Notes under the pieces: generated by a model
The model's input: only the letters and a program-made list of their open reading frames with translations
Database searches by the model: none
Told to the model about the DNA's origin: nothing
Made by a program: the position numbers and the translations under genes
NCBI GenBank assembly: GCA_045803545.1
Contig: JBJMOW010000002.1
Span: 128,001-192,000, forward strand
Source: Gemmatimonadaceae bacterium
GTDB lineage: Bacteria > Gemmatimonadota > Gemmatimonadetes > Gemmatimonadales > Gemmatimonadaceae
Length of the DNA: 64,000 bases
Reading direction: 5' to 3'
Shown: positions 59,218 through 64,000 of the stretch, one piece after another
Layout of the letters: every line of letters begins with the position of its first letter
Numbering within the stretch: the first letter of the stretch is position 1

Positions 59218-62200
59218 TTACGCGATAAGTGGTGCTGACTCGGCGGCTTCGGGCTCGTCGTCGTGCAGCTGTGGGATGTGCGCCGGATGATCAGGCGTAA
59301 TCGTCTCGTCGACCGTTCGGCCCCGCATGCGCACGCTTACCAGGCATGAGACGCCCGGCTCCTGCATCGTCACGCCATAGACTGCGTCGGCGGCTTCCGT
59401 CGTCGTGCGCGGATTGTGGGTGATGACGATGAATTGCGTGTTGTTCTTGAAGCGGTTGAGCATCCGTACAAAGTGGCCAATGTTTTGATCGTCGAGAGGC
59501 GCGTCCACTTCGTCGAGCAGGCAGAAGGGACTCGGCTTAGTGAGAAATATCCCAAAGAGCAGGGAAAGGGCAACAAGTGCTTTCTCCCCACTCGACAGCA
59601 GGTGGATTCTTTGCGTGCGCTTTCCTCGTGGCGACGCGTGAATCTCGATGTCGCCCTCGAGCGGGCTCTCGGGATTCTCCAGACGCAAATCGCACTCGCC
59701 ACCACCAAACAGCGTCATGAAGATATTGCGGAAGTTCTCGCGCACACGGACGAAGGTCTGCAGGAATAGCTCGCGTGCAGTGGTGTCGATCTCGCGGATT
59801 GCCTGCTGCAATGAGTTCTTCGCGGCGCTCAAATCATCGCGCTGACTGGTGAGGAAGCCGAGTCTCTTGGTTTCCTCGTCATGCTCCTCGATAGCGAGTG
59901 GATTCACTGGACCAAGTGCTTCCAGCTGTTCGCGCACCAGCGCCGCTTCGCTGCGCAGGGTCTCGTCGTCGAGCTCGAAGACTTCAGCGCCCGCGAGCAG
60001 CTCGTCGACGGGCTTCTTCCATTCAGCTTCCAGCCGCTCGGTAATTGCGGCGCGCTTGCCGGCGAGCTCCGTGTAGCGCAGCTCGGCGGCATGAAGCTCC
60101 TCGCCCAATGCCGCTGTGTGGCGGCGCATCTCCACCAGCGAATGCTCGTCGGTGGTCAGTCGTTCATCGAGCTCGTGTACCGCGCGCTCGGCGTCGGTGA
60201 GCTTCTGTTCGGCGGCTTCGAGAGCCGACTGACGGGAATCGAGATCCGCCTGCCACTGAGCCAACTGCCCGCGCAGTTGCGCATCCGCGCTGGAAAGTCC
60301 ACTCAGCTCGAGCTGTAGAGACTGCAGGCGTCCTGTCGCCGAACTGTATTCGTCGTTCAAGTGGCGGTGACGATCCGACGCGACTTCGAGCTGTGCCTGT
60401 GCCTGAGCACGGCGAATCTGACTCGCTGTTCTCTGCTCTCGTGCCTCGTCCTGACTCCGTTCGGCGTTCGCAAGCATTTCACGCGCGGCTATCACCGCGG
60501 CCTCGCGCTCAGCGATCGTCGCGTCGATATCGCGACTCGTTATGCTGAGAGCGTCGATCCGCGTCAGGACCGTCGTCTCGCGCTCCGTAAGACGATCGAT
60601 AAGAGCTCTCGCCTCTGCCGCATCGCGGGCGACGCGCTGGTGTTGACGCCCCAGCACCGCCGAGCGCTCAGCGGCGTCCGCGCTGGCGCGGGTGGTCTGT
60701 GAGGCCGATTCCTGCGCTACCAACGCTCCGCGTTCAGCGGCGGCCAGTGAAGCCCGCTCGGTTTCGGCTGCAAACGTTGCCGCATGACGAGCGGCAGCGC
60801 TGTTGGCCACCGCCTGCTGCAGCTCGGCGATCTCGGCGCGCCTGCGCAGCGGACCGGGTCCTGACTCTGGCGCAGGCAACCAGATTGCGCCACGCGAGTC
60901 TACGAAGGCAGAGCCGCTCTCGACTGACGTGACGCTTCCGAGTAGCGACTGCACCCAATCACCTGCGGGTGTGCTGGCCTGGACGAGCGTGGCGAGATCA
61001 GCAGTGCCATTCGAGTGTGATCCATTCTGCCCGTTCACTGAGTCGATCGGCAGCAGCAAGAGCGGACCCGGTGACGTCGACGCGTGCCACGCCCTCACCG
61101 ATTCCGCGACATGCCGATCGCGAACGAGCACGGCATTCACTGTCGGGCCAAGGAAACGCTCTACGAGCGAGGCTGCTTGTGAATTGGTGCTGATGAAATC
61201 GCTGAGCGGGCCGATGATGGCGCCTTCTCCGAAGATCGCGCGCTCTTTGAGCAGTCGCGCGGCGGCAGGCGCGAGGCCGACGCGCTCGCGTTCCAACCCT
61301 TCGAGCGCGTTGAGCTTTGCCGTTACCGAAGTGAATAGGTCTTCAGCGCGGGTCAGCTCGAATCGCGCAGCGCTTTCCCGCTCGCGAGCCTGCGTAAGAA
61401 CGGTTTGCGCGTCCTCTGCTTGCGCCACGGCTTCTGCCGCGCGGGTTGCCGAGACCGCTGCTTGGTCTTCCGCAGCCGCGAATTCCCGACGGGCCGCTTC
61501 CGCCGCGCCGAGCAAGGATTCCTGCTCGGCGCGCAGCGTTGACAGCCGCGCGGTCAGCTCCTCGCTCTCTCGCTCAGCGCCCTGACGATCGAGGTCGGCG
61601 CGGTGCAGCTGCTCACGGAGCTCTCGTAGCGTGCGCTCGCCCTGTTCGAGAAGGCTCCGTGCCGCGCTCAGATTGTTGCGGACTTCCTCTTCGTGTTGGG
61701 AGTGGGCTGACAGAGCTCCATCGGCGCTGCGCAGTCCGGCCTCGAGATCTGCCAGCTCCGCTGCTGCTCGCTCCAGCTCGGTGCTGACGCGGCCTGCGGC
61801 GGCGTCACCTTCGCGCCGCTCTTCTTCCGCTCGCTCGCGTCGGGAGGTGGCGTTGCGCAACCGCTCTTCGGCGACGGCGATCTCGCCACGTAGCTGTTGG
61901 GTTCTTTCGCGTTGATCGGATACGATGCGTGCGAGCTCGCTGCGTCGCGCCTCCGCAGCTGTGCGCTCGCCGAGCGCGGCATCACGCGCTGCTTCCGAGT
62001 GGTGCAGTCGCTCGTCCTCGCGCGGAACCTCAGTGCGTAGCAGGGTCACACGCTCTTCGAGCTGAGCGAGCTCGTCGCGCCACGCCGACATCTCGCGCGC
62101 AGCATGCGCGACTTCTAGCGTGAACCGTCGTGCCATGAGCTCGGCGTGACGCTCAGCGCGCTTGCGCTGGCGCGCCAGCGAACGAACCTGGCTCTGAACC

Positions 62201-62790
62201 TCGGAAATCAGATCGTCGATGCGGGCCATATCGGTGGTCGTCTCTTCAAGACGTCGCTCCGCGCTGCGCTTGCGGTCGCGGTAGAGACCGATTCCGGCGG
62301 CTTCCTCAAAAAGCTCGCGGCGATCGTCCGGTCGGTCGCTCAGAAGAGCGTCGATCATCCTGGATTCGATGACGACCGCCGAATCCGCGCCCAATCCGGT
62401 TCCGCGCACCATGTCGTGGATGTCCCGCAGTCGGCACGCAGATCCGTTCAGGAAGTAGTCGCTCTCACCGGACCGGCTTAGTCGGCGGGTGATCACAACT
62501 TCGCGGAATGGAATGTCGAGGGCGCCATCGTCATTCTCGAAGTACAGCGACACCTCAGCGACGTTCACCGCGCGCCGGGCCGACGATCCCTGGAAGATGA
62601 CTTCTTCCATCTTCGCGCCGCGCAACGCACGCGCCCGCTGCTCGCCCAGCACCCAGCGCACGGCGTCAGAGACGTTGGATTTACCGCAGCCGTTCGGGCC
62701 GACGATCGCCGTCACACCCGGCTCGAACACCATGTCGGTTCGATCCGCGAATGACTTGAATCCATGTATCTCGAGCTTGGTTAGACGCAC
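59218..62790 (-). CDS. smc: Chromosome segregation protein SMC
   Basis: GFKSF, GPNGCGKSN, FEEAAGI, long coiled coils with hinge, LSSGEK, LLDEVDAPLD, VITH. Confidence 0.96.
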   Translation of the reverse strand: MRLTKLEIHGFKSFADRTDMVFEPGVTAIVGPNGCGKSNVSDAVRWVLGEQRARALRGAKMEEVIFQGSSARRAVNVAEVSLYFENDDGALDIPFREVVITRRLSRSGESDYFLNGSACRLRDIHDMVRGTGLGADSAVVIESRMIDALLSDRPDDRRELFEEAAGIGLYRDRKRSAERRLEETTTDMARIDDLISEVQSQVRSLARQRKRAERHAELMARRFTLEVAHAAREMSAWRDELAQLEERVTLLRTEVPREDERLHHSEAARDAALGERTAAEARRSELARIVSDQRERTQQLRGEIAVAEERLRNATSRRERAEEERREGDAAAGRVSTELERAAAELADLEAGLRSADGALSAHSQHEEEVRNNLSAARSLLEQGERTLRELREQLHRADLDRQGAERESEELTARLSTLRAEQESLLGAAEAARREFAAAEDQAAVSATRAAEAVAQAEDAQTVLTQARERESAARFELTRAEDLFTSVTAKLNALEGLERERVGLAPAAARLLKERAIFGEGAIIGPLSDFISTNSQAASLVERFLGPTVNAVLVRDRHVAESVRAWHASTSPGPLLLLPIDSVNGQNGSHSNGTADLATLVQASTPAGDWVQSLLGSVTSVESGSAFVDSRGAIWLPAPESGPGPLRRRAEIAELQQAVANSAAARHAATFAAETERASLAAAERGALVAQESASQTTRASADAAERSAVLGRQHQRVARDAAEARALIDRLTERETTVLTRIDALSITSRDIDATIAEREAAVIAAREMLANAERSQDEAREQRTASQIRRAQAQAQLEVASDRHRHLNDEYSSATGRLQSLQLELSGLSSADAQLRGQLAQWQADLDSRQSALEAAEQKLTDAERAVHELDERLTTDEHSLVEMRRHTAALGEELHAAELRYTELAGKRAAITERLEAEWKKPVDELLAGAEVFELDDETLRSEAALVREQLEALGPVNPLAIEEHDEETKRLGFLTSQRDDLSAAKNSLQQAIREIDTTARELFLQTFVRVRENFRNIFMTLFGGGECDLRLENPESPLEGDIEIHASPRGKRTQRIHLLSSGEKALVALSLLFGIFLTKPSPFCLLDEVDAPLDDQNIGHFVRMLNRFKNNTQFIVITHNPRTTTEAADAVYGVTMQEPGVSCLVSVRMRGRTVDETITPDHPAHIPQLHDDEPEAAESAPLIA

Positions 62791-64000
62791 TACGGCGCTC
62801 TCCCGATTCGGTAGACGAGCACTGGTTTTAGTCCCACACCAAGAAGTGTTCTGATCAATTCAGCCGACTGATCGGCCTTTCCGAAGGCACCCGCGTAAAC
62901 CAGTGCGCCTCCGTCGTCCTGCATCAATGCGTAGACCGTGAGTCCGCGATCGGCGTAGCGCTGCAAAGTCGCGCGAACGCTGTCGGCGATTCCACCCTGG
63001 GTCGGCACGCTGTCGACGAGCAACGCCATCGGCGCTGTACCCACGCCGTTTGCGGGAATCGCCGAATTTCGCAAAGCGAGAAGGAGTGAGTCAGCCTGAT
63101 TTCTCCTGGTATAAGCGCCCGCTGTGACTTTGTACCAAATGGTCCGACCAGGCTCGATCGGGATTGGCGAGATCGCCGCGGCGGGCAGCGCTCTGCCGTT
63201 TTTCCTGACGAACAAGTTAGCACCTTCGAGCGTGTTTGCGAATTGCAACTCGACAGTGAATTGCGCGGCATTCGCTGAATCCGCCGAGTTTGCCGGTGGC
63301 GGGACGTGCAGGGTTTCTGCCGGTGCTCGTGGTGGCGCCGGTATCGGTCTTGGCGAGGTGGCAGACCTGGTGGTCACGGCAGGAGCCCGAAGGGGATTTC
63401 TGAACCGAACCAATCCGAAAGCGAGACCGACCGATGCCAAAACAAGGAGCGAGACGGCCGCTAGTACGGGCAAAAACCACCGATTGGCTCTCCAGCTCGC
63501 GGCGCGCTCGCTGATGCGGTGAATGGGGAGTTTGAGTGTTGGCGTCGCAGTCGGCACCCGCGCCAGCATTACGGCGGACGGTGCAGTGGGAAGCTCAGGA
63601 TCCTTCACGAGTACGACGCCATCCAGTTTCTCGAGCAGTTCCGCGAGTCCGGCCGAATCGCGTTCAGCGACGAGTAACAGCAATCCGCCAACTTCAGCAA
63701 AACCGCTGATGATCTTCCGCCACTTCGCGCTGCGAAATACATCTTCACCGATGTCCGGATCCGTCCCGCTCGGCATGATGAAAAGGTTCGCCGTGCCAGG
63801 AACGGGATAGCCGATCCGGTTCAGCGAGACGCCATAGACAAAGCTGTCGGTGATACCATGCGCGTCTTCCTGATTGACTAGGTCGCGGAGAGGCGGGACG
63901 TCACCAACCAGATCGCCGATAACAGTTCGGCGATGTTTCGCCTCGGCGCGAGCGATGCCGCGCGCAACGTAGGCGGCCGCAAAGGGGTCAGAAGAGACAA
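62790..64000 (-). CDS. Membrane protein with a degenerate MinD/ParA/BY-kinase-like N-terminus and a SPOR-like periplasmic C-terminus; 5' end lies outside the window
   Basis: Frame remains open upstream of 63776 (ARGIARAEAKHRRTVIGDLVG..HGITDSFVYGVSL..NLFIMPSG); one TM; Pro-rich linker; WYKVTAGAY and VYAGAFG motifs. Confidence 0.6.
   Translation of the reverse strand, partial: VSSDPFAAAYVARGIARAEAKHRRTVIGDLVGDVPPLRDLVNQEDAHGITDSFVYGVSLNRIGYPVPGTANLFIMPSGTDPDIGEDVFRSAKWRKIISGFAEVGGLLLLVAERDSAGLAELLEKLDGVVLVKDPELPTAPSAVMLARVPTATPTLKLPIHRISERAASWRANRWFLPVLAAVSLLVLASVGLAFGLVRFRNPLRAPAVTTRSATSPRPIPAPPRAPAETLHVPPPANSADSANAAQFTVELQFANTLEGANLFVRKNGRALPAAAISPIPIEPGRTIWYKVTAGAYTRRNQADSLLLALRNSAIPANGVGTAPMALLVDSVPTQGGIADSVRATLQRYADRGLTVYALMQDDGGALVYAGAFGKADQSAELIRTLLGVGLKPVLVYRIGRAP

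Noticed and set aside
1..64000. CRISPR arrays, tRNA/rRNA genes, transposases, phage or defence genes
   Set aside because: No repeat-spacer pattern, cloverleaf or relevant protein motif recognised; intergenic space is minimal

Overview
High-GC bacterial chromosomal segment with about 55 densely packed genes. Gene content and synteny (mglB-mglA-pgsA-cinA, a short Bacteroidota-like sigma-70, bshB1, Oar-like receptor, sigma-54 sites) suggest a diderm of the Gemmatimonadota/FCB group; this is inference only. Most genes are housekeeping: grpE, dnaJ, mnmA, iscS, yajQ, rimO, hemL, rpmE, prfA, prmC, tmk, ctpA, lolA, aroF, smc. I found no rRNA, tRNA, CRISPR array, IS element or prophage. The most unusual part is an envelope/signalling block at about 12-36 kb. 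It holds a TolC/adaptor/ATPase exporter with four MacB-type permeases in A-B-A-B order, a large multi-pass NtrY-like histidine kinase coupled to a tandem pseudokinase-kinase, an OmpA/Pal protein with two tandem beta-barrels behind sigma-54 motifs, and an Oar-like TonB-dependent receptor with a C-terminal LTxxQ helical domain. Also notable are a bacterial EXORDIUM/Phi-1-like lipoprotein beside a subtilase, a recurrent (T/C)AnnTT-N6-ATG leaderless-type motif, and a sigma-54 site with 21-bp-phased boxes upstream of hsp20. All calls come from reading motifs by eye; no database searches were run.
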